In this document: one piece after another, positions 35,838-46,268 of the stretch
Layout: the number at the start of each line of letters is the position of its first letter
How positions within the stretch are numbered: the stretch's first letter is position 1
IMG/VR virus record: IMGVR_UViG_2936514734_000001
Location: 128,001-192,000 of that record
Direction: 5' to 3' (one strand)
DNA from: a virus
Taxonomy: Duplodnaviria > Caudoviricetes
Length of the DNA: 64,000 nucleotides
Position numbers and translations under genes: made by a program
Notes under the pieces: model-generated
Seen by the model: only the letters and a program-made list of their open reading frames with translations
Databases searched by the model: none
Told to the model about the DNA's origin: nothing

Positions 35838-36971
35838 TTAACCTACTCGACGTTTTACTACAGGGCGAGGAGCTAATTGAGCATGGATTAGGCGAGAATG
35901 CTTTAATACACGTTTACGTACTGAATCTTTACGAATGATATCTGATGCATTTCCATCTTCTACAGATACAATATCAAATACTTTTTTAAATAATTCATCT
36001 ACGAATAACTTACGTTGTTCGTATGTTGCATATTGTTGCTTCCATTTAACAACACCATTGCGATTTACTTCTACACCAACACTTGCTAGTCCAGCTACTA
36101 GAAGTAATCCAATACCTTTTAAAATACCTGTTTTCTTTTCAGCACCACGTTTTTTAATCCAGTTTTGACCTACGCTAGACTTAAGTGGTTTTAGTTGGAT
36201 AACAAATTCTTCATTAAATAATGCATATGATGCAATTTCATGAACATCTTTCGCAATCCATTTAAGAGTATTTTCAAAGAATGTGCTTGAAGCATTTACA
36301 CGATTTAAGAAGCTAACGTTAGCATGTTCTGATTGTTCGATATTTAATAGAATATCAATTTTCTTAGTTTCACCATCATGTTTGAATAAGTTTAAGAAAG
36401 CAACTTCTTCCTTAATTTCAACAGTGCCAGAATCACCTTCGTGATAAATAACGTCTGCTGCTTTTTCTTCAATACAGTTTTTGTGCCAATCAAAAGCACC
36501 TTCTTTATTTTTTAAGCTGTATACTTGTAGTCGTTTATTTAAGTTTAGAGCTTCAGCTACTTTACCGATATTTGCTCTATTAATACCAATTTCAATTGTT
36601 ACTTTTACTTGGCTTACATCTCTACCATGTGCTTTTAATGCGTGGTATGTATGTCCACCATTCGCAATGCCATCTTCATCACCAAACGTAATTGTGAAAG
36701 AACCATCACCATTTGAATCACAAGATGAAGCAAAGATTGTAATACCACTAGAATTCTTGCGAGCAAACATTTCAGGTTCAGAAATTAGAGTCTTAACCAT
36801 TTCTTTATAGTTGAGGTTTGCTTCCCCGATAAATTGACGTGGATTTGGCTTTGTTGGAAGTTCTAACCCTACAAAACTATCACCGCGTACTGTACCTACC
36901 ATTTGTTTTGAACCATCTGAAAAAGTTGTCTCTACAAATTTTGCATTTCTTAATACTACTGAATTTGTCAT
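35838..36971 (-). CDS. AIPR-like (ParB-superfamily) protein
   Basis: PNPRQF...TL..EPEMF..KNSSGITI...GIANGGHT. Confidence 0.65.
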   Translation of the reverse strand: MTNSVVLRNAKFVETTFSDGSKQMVGTVRGDSFVGLELPTKPNPRQFIGEANLNYKEMVKTLISEPEMFARKNSSGITIFASSCDSNGDGSFTITFGDEDGIANGGHTYHALKAHGRDVSQVKVTIEIGINRANIGKVAEALNLNKRLQVYSLKNKEGAFDWHKNCIEEKAADVIYHEGDSGTVEIKEEVAFLNLFKHDGETKKIDILLNIEQSEHANVSFLNRVNASSTFFENTLKWIAKDVHEIASYALFNEEFVIQLKPLKSSVGQNWIKKRGAEKKTGILKGIGLLLVAGLASVGVEVNRNGVVKWKQQYATYEQRKLFVDELFKKVFDIVSVEDGNASDIIRKDSVRKRVLKHSRLIHAQLAPRPVVKRRVG

Positions 36972-37007
36972 AATAAAATCATACTCCCTGTCCTCTATTT
37001 GCTAAGT

Positions 37008-37036
37008 AACGTAAGCATTTATATATATGAATTCAA
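37008..37036 (-). promoter_or_regulatory. SigA-like promoter TTGAAT-N17-TACGTT
   Basis: Shared TGCTTACGTT -10 region. Confidence 0.65.
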
Positions 37037-37251
37037 GGGCCATTTTTCCTATTTAGTCAAATTAAAGCATAGAAAAAATAAAAAAGAGTGACCGGTTAAG
37101 ATCACTCTGTTATTCAAAAGTTATTTAGATTTTTTACATTTTAAAAGCCTATATGTTAAAAAAATAACCCTTGAAGGATTTTATTTTATTGTAAAACACT
37201 ATTTTCCACTAGAATGAACTAGAAAAAAATATATTTTAATTCAAACTAGTG

Positions 37252-37719
37252 TTAATTCACAACAGCATATAATTCATGCTCATATGAACCAGTATATTTA
37301 TCACCAGAAAAATCCACTACGGTAAGTGTCCGAATGGATGGGTGGGATTCTTTTATAATATTATAAACTTCATCAATTGAAGAATAGCAAGGATCTCCTA
37401 ATTTAGAAGGTGTACTTTTTAGATGTATTTCAGCTGTTCCATTTCCAAAGTCATGAATACGGAAATAGATTCTTTTGATGTTTTTAGAATCATCATAATA
37501 GCGAAAACGGTAGTTGTTTTCAACTACATATGTTTCAATACCTTCTTTTTTTAACCGCTGAATATTCTCCTCCATTGAATACCCCAACCAGCTTACTAAT
37601 AAGTAACCACCAATAAACAGGTCTGCCTCATAATTAATTGATATTTTGACAGCCTCTAATAAGTCATCTGTTGGCAGTTGCTGTTTGCGTCCATAGCTTG
37701 GGCACATGTAATAAGGCAT
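37252..37719 (-). CDS. Hypothetical protein
   Basis: 155-aa ORF with RBS. Confidence 0.6.
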   Translation of the reverse strand: MPYYMCPSYGRKQQLPTDDLLEAVKISINYEADLFIGGYLLVSWLGYSMEENIQRLKKEGIETYVVENNYRFRYYDDSKNIKRIYFRIHDFGNGTAEIHLKSTPSKLGDPCYSSIDEVYNIIKESHPSIRTLTVVDFSGDKYTGSYEHELYAVVN

Positions 37720-37962
37720 AGTATCTTCCCCTTTATTAAATTATTTCTATATAGATTATTTCTTTTTCTTTTTACGTGGTAATCCGTATTTGTCGCCTGT
37801 CTCTAAACATTCTTTTGCAAGTTTCTTCGCGTCTGAAGAACTAAGTTTAATCTTGATTGCCATCTTAAATCGCCTCCTGGTTCCCCAGTATGTCCAAAAA
37901 AAATAATTTTATACATACTCCCCCATCCCCTCTCATAATCATAAAAGTGTTAGACACTTAGA

Positions 37963-38643
37963 TTGTGTCCCAAACTTAAAATACGATTTTTGGAGGGAAA
38001 TAGAATGGGTGAGACAAAGAGGAAGGTCAGAAGTGATCGCAAAAAAGATGTGAAGCCGACAGTCGATATTGAACTTTACGAATGCGTTTCACGAATCTCA
38101 CATATTACGAAAACACCAATCAAAGATGTTGGTGAAATATTTTGCAAACATGGATTGTATTCTAAGAAAGTAATTGATAATTTATCACAATATTTTAGAA
38201 GGAACATTCAATTCAACAATACCTTGTATATGGGAAATCGTGAATTACTTTCTGAGCGTGTAACTCGAAAGCCTAGTGAGAATAGAACTCGAATCACAAT
38301 TCGTTTTAGACAAGAAGTATATGACCACATATCTGATTTAGCTTATGCATTAGATCGTACTGTTTCTACAACAGTAGCTATGCTATTAGATGCAGCAGTT
38401 CGGAACACAGATATTCTTAATCAATATGTCGGTGAATATGTTGACGAAGTTCTAGATGACAATCGAAAAAAAGAATTAAGGCATGTCCTAAAATATATAA
38501 ACAAAAATAATCCATATGAAGATGAAGTTACACTTTATCACCTTATTAATAACATAATGGATAAAGCGGTAGACAAAACCATTAACGCACGAATTGCTAT
38601 TGATTCATGGTTAGACCAAGTTATTGACAGGGAAGAGGATTAA
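37963..38643 (+). CDS. Putative DNA-binding regulator with two RHH-like segments (start probably MGETK)
   Basis: RSDRKKDVKPTV..ELYE and RITIRF..EVYDHI..LAYALD; one of the few + strand genes. Confidence 0.55.
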   Translation: MCPKLKIRFLEGNRMGETKRKVRSDRKKDVKPTVDIELYECVSRISHITKTPIKDVGEIFCKHGLYSKKVIDNLSQYFRRNIQFNNTLYMGNRELLSERVTRKPSENRTRITIRFRQEVYDHISDLAYALDRTVSTTVAMLLDAAVRNTDILNQYVGEYVDEVLDDNRKKELRHVLKYINKNNPYEDEVTLYHLINNIMDKAVDKTINARIAIDSWLDQVIDREED

Positions 38644-39062
38644 GCTAATGCTTCCCTCTCCTGCTGTTTCAATAACTCTTCAATGTAATTCTTAAAGGTA
38701 TCACCACACCCGACCATTCCACGGAAAGAAATGGATTCGAATGCTTCAATTTTGCCATCATTATGTTTATAGCATGTCCACCATTCGTCTCCACCATTCA
38801 CTTGGTTCACAAATAGTAAACGATCATAAGCAAAAGCAGAGCGAATAGACCAATTCCCTTGCTCGAATTTCTTTTCTAGTTCTTCAATCGTTTGGCAAGT
38901 GTGAAGACCATAATCATAATCAAGCTCCATTAATGGATCATCTTGAAAATCATAGCCACCTATTTTTAGCCATGGATTCTCTTGGCATTTATTTTTGACT
39001 TCTTCTTCTGTATAGAAAGGCTTTATCGTTTTTACTTCACTCATTTTATTCTCTCCTTTCAA
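38640..39062 (-). CDS. Hypothetical protein
   Basis: FVNQVNGGDEWW motif. Confidence 0.65.
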   Translation of the reverse strand: MKGENKMSEVKTIKPFYTEEEVKNKCQENPWLKIGGYDFQDDPLMELDYDYGLHTCQTIEELEKKFEQGNWSIRSAFAYDRLLFVNQVNGGDEWWTCYKHNDGKIEAFESISFRGMVGCGDTFKNYIEELLKQQEREALA

Positions 39063-39077
39063 TAAAAAAAGAGCAGG

Positions 39078-39566
39078 TTATACCCGCTCTCCTGTCATTA
39101 AATCTGTTCTTAATTGGGTTAATACTTCACCTAACCAGTTCTTACCTTTCCATTTACTTCTATCGAAGCGGTCAGGATGATCTGGGCCCAGTTTAATTCC
39201 CCAAATAGCATCAAACGGACTAGCTTCTACCAGTGTCGTTCCTGCTGTTTCATATAAGGCATGTAATAGTTTTGGATTCTGAGTAAACTTTAGAAAGTTT
39301 CCTTGATACACAACATCTTTACATTTCTTGTCCCACAGTTCTTTATTAAAAGGCTTAACTTGACGACCCAATGCTTTATACTTTTTCGGATTATATGGTG
39401 TTGCCATAATCTCCGCCGCCGTTGCTTGATCCCCCATCATTTCAGCCTTTTTAAACATCATGTATTGTTCCGCACAAGTAAACAATAAATCTCCTAGTCT
39501 AAAAATAGCAGGATGAAACTGTGAGAATGGCGACTTGTCTTGCCAAAAGAATGTAAACTTCTCCAT
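39078..39566 (-). CDS. NADAR (YbiA-like) ADP-ribose/N-glycosidase
   Basis: FSQF, AEQYMM..KA, KFTQN, LVEASPFDAIWGI, GKNWLGEVL. Confidence 0.92.
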   Translation of the reverse strand: MEKFTFFWQDKSPFSQFHPAIFRLGDLLFTCAEQYMMFKKAEMMGDQATAAEIMATPYNPKKYKALGRQVKPFNKELWDKKCKDVVYQGNFLKFTQNPKLLHALYETAGTTLVEASPFDAIWGIKLGPDHPDRFDRSKWKGKNWLGEVLTQLRTDLMTGERV

Positions 39567-39580
39567 TAATTAATTCTCCC

Positions 39581-40588
39581 TTAATTTCCGAGTTTGTATG
39601 TGTAGATACGAACAAAAAAGGCTTCAGCCGCTTCTTCTAAAATACCCTTAACGATATTCCAGTCTCCACCGCCACGAGCACAACCAATAAACTTAGGAAC
39701 GCCAACCTTTAAGTCTGATATATTATGGGTACGTTTCTTCAAATCTTCCAAATAACTAAAGATAGCAGAGCGTAATGCTTCATAATCAGTGTGTTGTATG
39801 TCTGTTCCATATCTAAATTGTCCATAAAGATTTACAACCTCAACAGGCTTTAGTTGGTTTTGTACACGAGCATACGTATATTTACCAAGCTTTTCTTTAG
39901 GTGAAAGCGGTGATTCACAATCTACTTTATACACTTCCGGAAAAGTTTTTTTGATCTGTTTTGCAATACCTGAACCCATTGTTGACTGACAGTTTGCTTG
40001 ATGCATCATCACGTCACAATCACTCTTCAATAAGTCTCCTTTTACTTCAACCACCAATGCCATAGGATTCACCTCTATAATCTTTTTCTCTTTCTTTTTG
40101 GCATAATTAACACAATTAGAGGTGCCACCTTTTGAACCATCAAATATAGCAATTAATTCATCACATGAATTAACCATATACTCATTACGAACCTGCATTA
40201 GATATGGTTGATAATACATAGTACTTGTATAAGTAACAAAATCAGCTTGATCTACAATACTGTGCCACATTTTCTGTGATTCTTTAGGCCATTTCTTTTC
40301 ATGATTCATACAGGGGATAGCAGCTTCAAACTGAACAGGAAATCCCTGCTTCTTTAACTTGAGAGCTACTAATGCAAAAATTGTATCGGCACCTAATGCC
40401 ATCCCACCTATAGCAATGATCTTTTTCCCCTGTTTTATATGGGAAAGAAGATGTTCTCGTAGTTTAAAAGCAATCGCTATATTAACAGGACTATAATAGT
40501 CATATCCTCCAAGACGGCTAGGTCTATGACCAGTAAGGGCTATTCTAATTGTTTGTTTTCCAGCCAAAATAATCTCCTCCTTATTCAA
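39581..40588 (-). CDS. YspA/SLOG domain fused to a macrodomain
   Basis: ALTGHRP, GMALGAD, RNEYMV, GGTSNCV; then VKGDLL, HQANC..MGSGIAKQI, PKFIGCARGGGDW. Confidence 0.85.
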   Translation of the reverse strand: MNKEEIILAGKQTIRIALTGHRPSRLGGYDYYSPVNIAIAFKLREHLLSHIKQGKKIIAIGGMALGADTIFALVALKLKKQGFPVQFEAAIPCMNHEKKWPKESQKMWHSIVDQADFVTYTSTMYYQPYLMQVRNEYMVNSCDELIAIFDGSKGGTSNCVNYAKKKEKKIIEVNPMALVVEVKGDLLKSDCDVMMHQANCQSTMGSGIAKQIKKTFPEVYKVDCESPLSPKEKLGKYTYARVQNQLKPVEVVNLYGQFRYGTDIQHTDYEALRSAIFSYLEDLKKRTHNISDLKVGVPKFIGCARGGGDWNIVKGILEEAAEAFFVRIYTYKLGN

Positions 40589-40645
40589 AACAGGTGGAGG
40601 CGTTAGCCTCCGTCCTAATAGAAGGAGTGCTAATCTCCAATTTAA

Positions 40646-41854
40646 TTAATGCGCCTTAAAGTTATAAAGCGGCTTAATAATATTATCAATAACAATTGAG
40701 TCTTTTACGTTTTGAACAATTTCCTCTATTGGCTTGTATACCATAGGAGCTTCATCTAGCGTAGATTGCTCTACAGATGTTGTCCATACACCAGACATTG
40801 TTTCTTTAAATTCATCTAATGACAGTTTTTCCTTAGCTTTAGAACGAGACATGATACGTCCAGCTCCGTGCGGTGCTGAGAAATTCCAATCCGGATTGCC
40901 AAGACCTGTAGCAATAATACTACCATCTCTCATATTGATAGGAATGATTACACGTTCTCCTTTTTGTGCAGAAATTGCACCTTTACGAAGAATCATATTT
41001 TCCATGTCAATGTAGTTATGGATAGTAGTAAAATCATCTATTACATTCCAGTCCATGCGTGTAACTATTTCATCAATCATTGCCTTACGATTAAGAAGTG
41101 CATAATGCTGTGCAATCTTCATATCATTCATGTAATCGTCAAAAAGTTGGCCTTCTGCATAAGCAAGTTCCTTTTGAATTTTCGGTTTCTTGATATTTTT
41201 AAGTGCATCTTGAATTTCAGATTGACGACCAGCAGCTATTAATTCAGCAATTAAGCGATCTTTTTCATGTTTTACATTCATCAATTCATCATAAGCACGA
41301 TTTTGATAATGCTCAGCTATTTGTTTTCCTAGATTACGAGAACCCGAGTGAATTACAAGAACGACCTTATCATCTAATTCATTAAGCTCAATAAAATGAT
41401 TTCCTCCGCCTAGTGTCCCAATAGAATCCTTAGCACGATCTAGATTAAATGGTGCTCGAACGTTTCTAAAATCTACGCGTTTAGATAATAGGTGTCGTTG
41501 ACTATTAGAGCGAACACTAAATCCGCTTGGAACATGTTTGCGAATAACATCATCAAGCTGGTCAAAATTAACTTCTGTTTTGTTCTTATCAATAATTGCT
41601 ACTTCCATACCACAGCCAATATCAACACCAACTAAATTAGGAACAATCTTGTCTTGAATAGTCATTGTTGTGCCAATCGTACATCCAGCACCAGCATGTG
41701 TATCAGGCATAATACGAATCTGACTGTCTTTTACAAATTCTTGATTACATAGCTGAACAATTTGAGACATAGCTGTAGTTTCTACATTGTCAGTGAACAC
41801 TTTTGCTGTATTATATTTACCTGTTAGTTCTATCATTGGTATCATTCTCCCCAT
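40646..41854 (-). CDS. rtcB: RtcB RNA ligase
   Basis: MPDTHAG, VGVDIGCG, GTLGGGNHFIE, HSGSR, HNY, HGAGR, DEAPMVYK. Confidence 0.95.
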   Translation of the reverse strand: MGRMIPMIELTGKYNTAKVFTDNVETTAMSQIVQLCNQEFVKDSQIRIMPDTHAGAGCTIGTTMTIQDKIVPNLVGVDIGCGMEVAIIDKNKTEVNFDQLDDVIRKHVPSGFSVRSNSQRHLLSKRVDFRNVRAPFNLDRAKDSIGTLGGGNHFIELNELDDKVVLVIHSGSRNLGKQIAEHYQNRAYDELMNVKHEKDRLIAELIAAGRQSEIQDALKNIKKPKIQKELAYAEGQLFDDYMNDMKIAQHYALLNRKAMIDEIVTRMDWNVIDDFTTIHNYIDMENMILRKGAISAQKGERVIIPINMRDGSIIATGLGNPDWNFSAPHGAGRIMSRSKAKEKLSLDEFKETMSGVWTTSVEQSTLDEAPMVYKPIEEIVQNVKDSIVIDNIIKPLYNFKAH

Positions 41855-42020
41855 TCTGTTGTGCTTTCGGATTAAACCCTTCTACTATATCAAAAGATAC
41901 TTCTTTTCTGCCGTACATTTCACAAGCCACTACATAATCTCTAAATAGTTCATTCATATACTCTAACGGTCCATAACCATAAAAGTTTCCATTTAGATAA
42001 CAAGTGTATTTTTTACTCAT
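41817..42020 (-). CDS. Hypothetical protein
   Basis: 67-aa ORF. Confidence 0.5.
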   Translation of the reverse strand: MSKKYTCYLNGNFYGYGPLEYMNELFRDYVVACEMYGRKEVSFDIVEGFNPKAQQNGENDTNDRTNR

Positions 42021-42058
42021 TAATCATCTCACTTACTTTCTTTTAAAAGAAGTGGCAT

Positions 42059-45000
42059 TTAAGCCACTCCACTTGTTACGGTATTCTTCTCGATTTTCTT
42101 CCAAATATCCTTATTGATTTTCTTTGGAATATTAATCGAGTTAATAATATAATCGCGTTGATTGCGTTGCCAGTTCATTTGAGCCCGAATACCAACCTTC
42201 ATGATCATGCCCGGAACTAATCCATCTTTTGCTGTCTCATATTGTTTAGGGAATAGCGTTAAGCTACGTTGTCCTTCCAATGTATCTACTGTTAAGAAAG
42301 CCATGTTATCGCCTTTTTTAGTGCGAATAACGCGTGCATCTACAAGTGATACAACAGTATGATGAACAGCATCATCTAGACCTTCCCAATCTGTTGGTTC
42401 AGCTAATCGATCAAGTACATGTCCGCTTACATATAAGCCAAGGACTTCACGTTCTTTTTCAAACTTTAAGCGGTCAGTATATTTAGCTATAGCATCTACG
42501 AGATCAGGATCTGGTGACTCTCCACGAAGACCTAGAATATAAGCCATTTGTTCAAAGCGGTTATTGAATTCTCCATTTGTAAGAGAATCCAGTGAGCCAC
42601 TATAGTTGAGAGCTGTTAAACTCGCTTTGTTTAAGTTTTTCTTAGGCACACGATTCATAAGGTCATTTATTGATTCAAATGGTCCACCTACTGTTTCAAG
42701 ACCAATAACTATTTCAGGGTCTACTTCTGAGGCTATATCAAGCACTTGAGCTTCATCGTCAGTTAGGTAGGTTAGCCCTCCATCTTCATCTCTAGTACAA
42801 GGAACATCTCGAACCTTACGTTCTTCTAGAATTGCATCCAATGTTGCTTCACCAAGACCTTTAATAGAACCTAGGCCAAATCGAATTGCATTATCCCCAT
42901 CGATAGTAAATCCAACTTCTGAGCGGTTAATGTCAGGAGGAAGGATCTCAAATCCCATATCTCTTGCAACTTTTACATACTTTACAACTTTATCTTCATC
43001 TGTGTAGAACACTTGAAGAACCGCTGTCATATATTCTAGAGGATAGTTAGCTTTAAGGTATCCTGTTTGATAAGCAATGTAAGCATAAGCTGCAGCATGT
43101 GAACGGTTAAATGCATAGCCGGCAAACGGGCGAATATCCTCACAAATTTTAGTTGCTACATGTTCCGGTGTTCCATTTGCCACTAATCTTTTGTGTAGTT
43201 CTTCTAATGCTGGGTTAAGAATCTCAATCTTCTTCTTACCCACCGCTTTACGTAGTACGTCCGCCTCTCCCATGGAGTATCCAGCCATTTCAACCGCTAC
43301 TTCCATCACTTGCTCTTGATAAATCATAATTCCAAATGTATTTTTGGTGATTTTATCAAAGACAGGGTGAACCTCTGGAATCTCTTCATGTCCATTTGCT
43401 AATGCTGTATATTTCGGAATATAATCCATCGGGCCTGGACGATAAAGTGCTACTCCCGCTATAAGAGTCTCAAAGTTTACTTGGTTCATACCATTAAACA
43501 TCTTCTTCATACCATCTGATTCAATTTGGAATAACGAATCTGTTTCTCCACGCCGAATCATTTCGAAAGTATTAGTGTCTTCAGGAATAAGATTATCAAC
43601 ATCAATCAAGAAACCATGACGTTTTTCTACTAATCTACGGCATATTTCAATTACAGATAAGTTCTTTAGTCCCAGGAAATCAAACTTGATAAAACCTTTT
43701 TGTTCAAGTGTTGGTCCATCATAAGCAACAACACGTTCTCCTGCTTTCTTTCCTTTGATTAGAGCAACTTCCTCTGTTATTGGTTCCGGTGTAATTAAAA
43801 CACCACAAGCGTGAACTCCTTGCGTTCTAGGCATACTTTCAACCTCTAACGCTAATTCGAACAGACGAGGATATCTTTCTGCATAAGCTTTAACTTGTTT
43901 AATTTCATCTAATGCATCTGATATAGGCATAACCTTACCTTGGTGAGAAGGAATATGCTTGTTCAGTTCATTAATTTCATTGTGATCAATATTTAATGCA
44001 CGCCCAATATCTTTTAAAGCAGACTTAGTTGATAGCGTACCAAACGTAGCAATTTGAGCTACTTTATCCCATCCATACTTGTTTGTTACATATTCAATTA
44101 CTTCATGACGACGTAAGTAGTCAAAGTCAGTATCCACATCCGGGAATCCAGGGCGTTCTGGATTGATAAAGCGATAGAATAACAGATTATACAAGATAGG
44201 ATCTAAGTTTGTAATACCTAATACGTATGCAACTAGCGAGCCTGCAGCTGAACCCCGACCAGGACCAACAAGAATACCATTACGTTTTGCAAAATCAATA
44301 TAGTCCCAAACGATAAGCATATAGGCACTAATACCTTTGTTCGCAATAACTTCCAATTCATAATCAAGACGTTTCTTGTATGTTTCAAATACCTTATAAG
44401 CAGTTTCACCAATGAAATTTCCATCAGCTAATTTCTCAACTAATCCTTTGTTTGCTAAATGAGATAGGTATGTATCGAAATTATAGCCTTCTGGAACAGT
44501 AAATTCCGGATACTTAATTGTGGTATCATCTAAATCTACATGGCATGAATGAGCAATGTTGTAAGCATTAATTAGGGCTTGTTCCGGGATACCCATATCT
44601 AACATTTCTTGTGCTGAATAGAATACACAGTGCTCATAAACATCGATATCTGATTCATCATCATCTTTACCTTTGTTGATAGAGGTAATTGCTTTATGAA
44701 CAGGACGATCTTCTGGACGCAACATATGAGCATCTGAAGTTGCTACAAGCGGAATACCTAATTCCTCTGACCATTGGATTAAAACACTGTTCACTAACTG
44801 TTGTTCTTCCATTGTGCTAGGTTGAATCTCTAGATAAAATTCATCAAAACATCGTTGATAAAACTTAATATGATTTTTAGCAACGCGCATTTTACCTTTG
44901 CGAATTAACTGAGGAATAGTACCACCTAAACAGCTACTTGTTGCAATAATGCCTTTACCGTATTTTTTAATGTCATGATAATCAATACGTGGCTTACCAT

Positions 45001-45601
45001 AGAACCCTTCAAGTGAGCCAATGGAGGTCATCTTTATTAGGTTTTTATAGCCTTCGTTGTTTTTAGCTATCATAAGCAAGTGAGCTATTCTAGGAGACCA
45101 TTCAAATAAACGTTTTTGTTTGTCATCTTGCTTTCCAGATAGATACCAGCGGTGAGATTTCTTAAGACTTTCAAAATACTCAGGGTTTGCTTCTTTAAAT
45201 TTTTGAAGAAACTCCTCATGCTCAGGTTTTGTAGGTTTGTTTTTAGTAAAAGAATCTTTTTTCTTTTTTTCAAACGCTACATAACCTTCGCTTTCTAATG
45301 CAGCTAGTTCATCTTTTGTACGATAAGCTACATCAGTGTAGTTGATTGTCTCAAAATCTGCTTTTTTCCACTGTTTTTTAGGGGCGATATAACCTTCCAT
45401 CCCTAAAACAGGATGAAGACCTGCCTTTTTACATTTTTGATAAAACTGAATATGGGCGAAGCATGTACCGTGATCACTTACACCGATGGAATCCATTCCG
45501 AATTCTTTTGCTAACTTAATCATTGGATCAATACGACAAAAACCATCTAATAGACTTCCCTCTGGTGTGTGAAGGTGTAAATGTGCAAAAGGTACAGTCA
45601 T
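42059..45601 (-). CDS. dnaE: DNA polymerase III alpha subunit (DnaE)
   Basis: PHP HLHLHT..SLLDG, GPGRGSAAGS, PDVDTDF, KFDFLGL, YAFNRSH, C-terminal OB. Confidence 0.96.
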   Translation of the reverse strand: MTVPFAHLHLHTPEGSLLDGFCRIDPMIKLAKEFGMDSIGVSDHGTCFAHIQFYQKCKKAGLHPVLGMEGYIAPKKQWKKADFETINYTDVAYRTKDELAALESEGYVAFEKKKKDSFTKNKPTKPEHEEFLQKFKEANPEYFESLKKSHRWYLSGKQDDKQKRLFEWSPRIAHLLMIAKNNEGYKNLIKMTSIGSLEGFYGKPRIDYHDIKKYGKGIIATSSCLGGTIPQLIRKGKMRVAKNHIKFYQRCFDEFYLEIQPSTMEEQQLVNSVLIQWSEELGIPLVATSDAHMLRPEDRPVHKAITSINKGKDDDESDIDVYEHCVFYSAQEMLDMGIPEQALINAYNIAHSCHVDLDDTTIKYPEFTVPEGYNFDTYLSHLANKGLVEKLADGNFIGETAYKVFETYKKRLDYELEVIANKGISAYMLIVWDYIDFAKRNGILVGPGRGSAAGSLVAYVLGITNLDPILYNLLFYRFINPERPGFPDVDTDFDYLRRHEVIEYVTNKYGWDKVAQIATFGTLSTKSALKDIGRALNIDHNEINELNKHIPSHQGKVMPISDALDEIKQVKAYAERYPRLFELALEVESMPRTQGVHACGVLITPEPITEEVALIKGKKAGERVVAYDGPTLEQKGFIKFDFLGLKNLSVIEICRRLVEKRHGFLIDVDNLIPEDTNTFEMIRRGETDSLFQIESDGMKKMFNGMNQVNFETLIAGVALYRPGPMDYIPKYTALANGHEEIPEVHPVFDKITKNTFGIMIYQEQVMEVAVEMAGYSMGEADVLRKAVGKKKIEILNPALEELHKRLVANGTPEHVATKICEDIRPFAGYAFNRSHAAAYAYIAYQTGYLKANYPLEYMTAVLQVFYTDEDKVVKYVKVARDMGFEILPPDINRSEVGFTIDGDNAIRFGLGSIKGLGEATLDAILEERKVRDVPCTRDEDGGLTYLTDDEAQVLDIASEVDPEIVIGLETVGGPFESINDLMNRVPKKNLNKASLTALNYSGSLDSLTNGEFNNRFEQMAYILGLRGESPDPDLVDAIAKYTDRLKFEKEREVLGLYVSGHVLDRLAEPTDWEGLDDAVHHTVVSLVDARVIRTKKGDNMAFLTVDTLEGQRSLTLFPKQYETAKDGLVPGMIMKVGIRAQMNWQRNQRDYIINSINIPKKINKDIWKKIEKNTVTSGVA

Positions 45602-45634
45602 TCAGCCACCTCCTTGCTAGTTGTTCTATAGATG

Positions 45635-46213
45635 TTATTCATCGTCATCTTCTTCATACTCATAGATGTCTTCAATTTCAGAAAGTACGTCATCGTTAAG
45701 TATGGTGAAAATGTCGAATCCTTCTTTGTATTTATAAAACCCACCAAAATTTTCGTTTAATTTACGTGCTGGTCCTAAAATATTATAAGTTCTAGATTTT
45801 TCAATGTTATCCCTTAAGTAGATAGCTAATTTAGCAGCTAAAGTAATGAGACCATCATTTTCATAACCATAATCATCATGAGTATCTAAATATTTATAGG
45901 CAAAATCATAGGCTTGTTCAACTATGAAGAAGTCTATGAACTCTACTCTAGAGACAGGTTGACCATCTGCATGCTTTAAATATGCTAAATATTTTTCAAG
46001 GACTTCACATTTTAAATCAAAACCATTGTAGCTTGAATAATACGCCTTCTTTGCTTCAGCAATAGAAGCGGGTGGGACGGCTATTTCCTTACCAATATCC
46101 ATTATTTTTTTAGAAGAGATAAGATTGTTACGACTCCCTTTAATTACACTCTTATTATTACTTCCTAATTGACCTACATTGTATAGAAGAGTTTGAATCA
46201 TCTGACTAATCAT
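45635..46213 (-). CDS. Hypothetical protein
   Basis: 192-aa ORF. Confidence 0.65.
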   Translation of the reverse strand: MISQMIQTLLYNVGQLGSNNKSVIKGSRNNLISSKKIMDIGKEIAVPPASIAEAKKAYYSSYNGFDLKCEVLEKYLAYLKHADGQPVSRVEFIDFFIVEQAYDFAYKYLDTHDDYGYENDGLITLAAKLAIYLRDNIEKSRTYNILGPARKLNENFGGFYKYKEGFDIFTILNDDVLSEIEDIYEYEEDDDE

Positions 46214-46268
46214 TGCGTTATTTTCCTTTCAAAGGATTGGGGTAGCGGGAAGCCACCCCTTAATTGTT

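Noticed and set aside
42059-45601. Intein or intron in dnaE (extra segments in the PHP domain and near the HhH region)
   Set aside because: Insertions are short (~40-70 aa), have no C/S...HN splice motifs or LAGLIDADG blocks, and the frame is uninterrupted.
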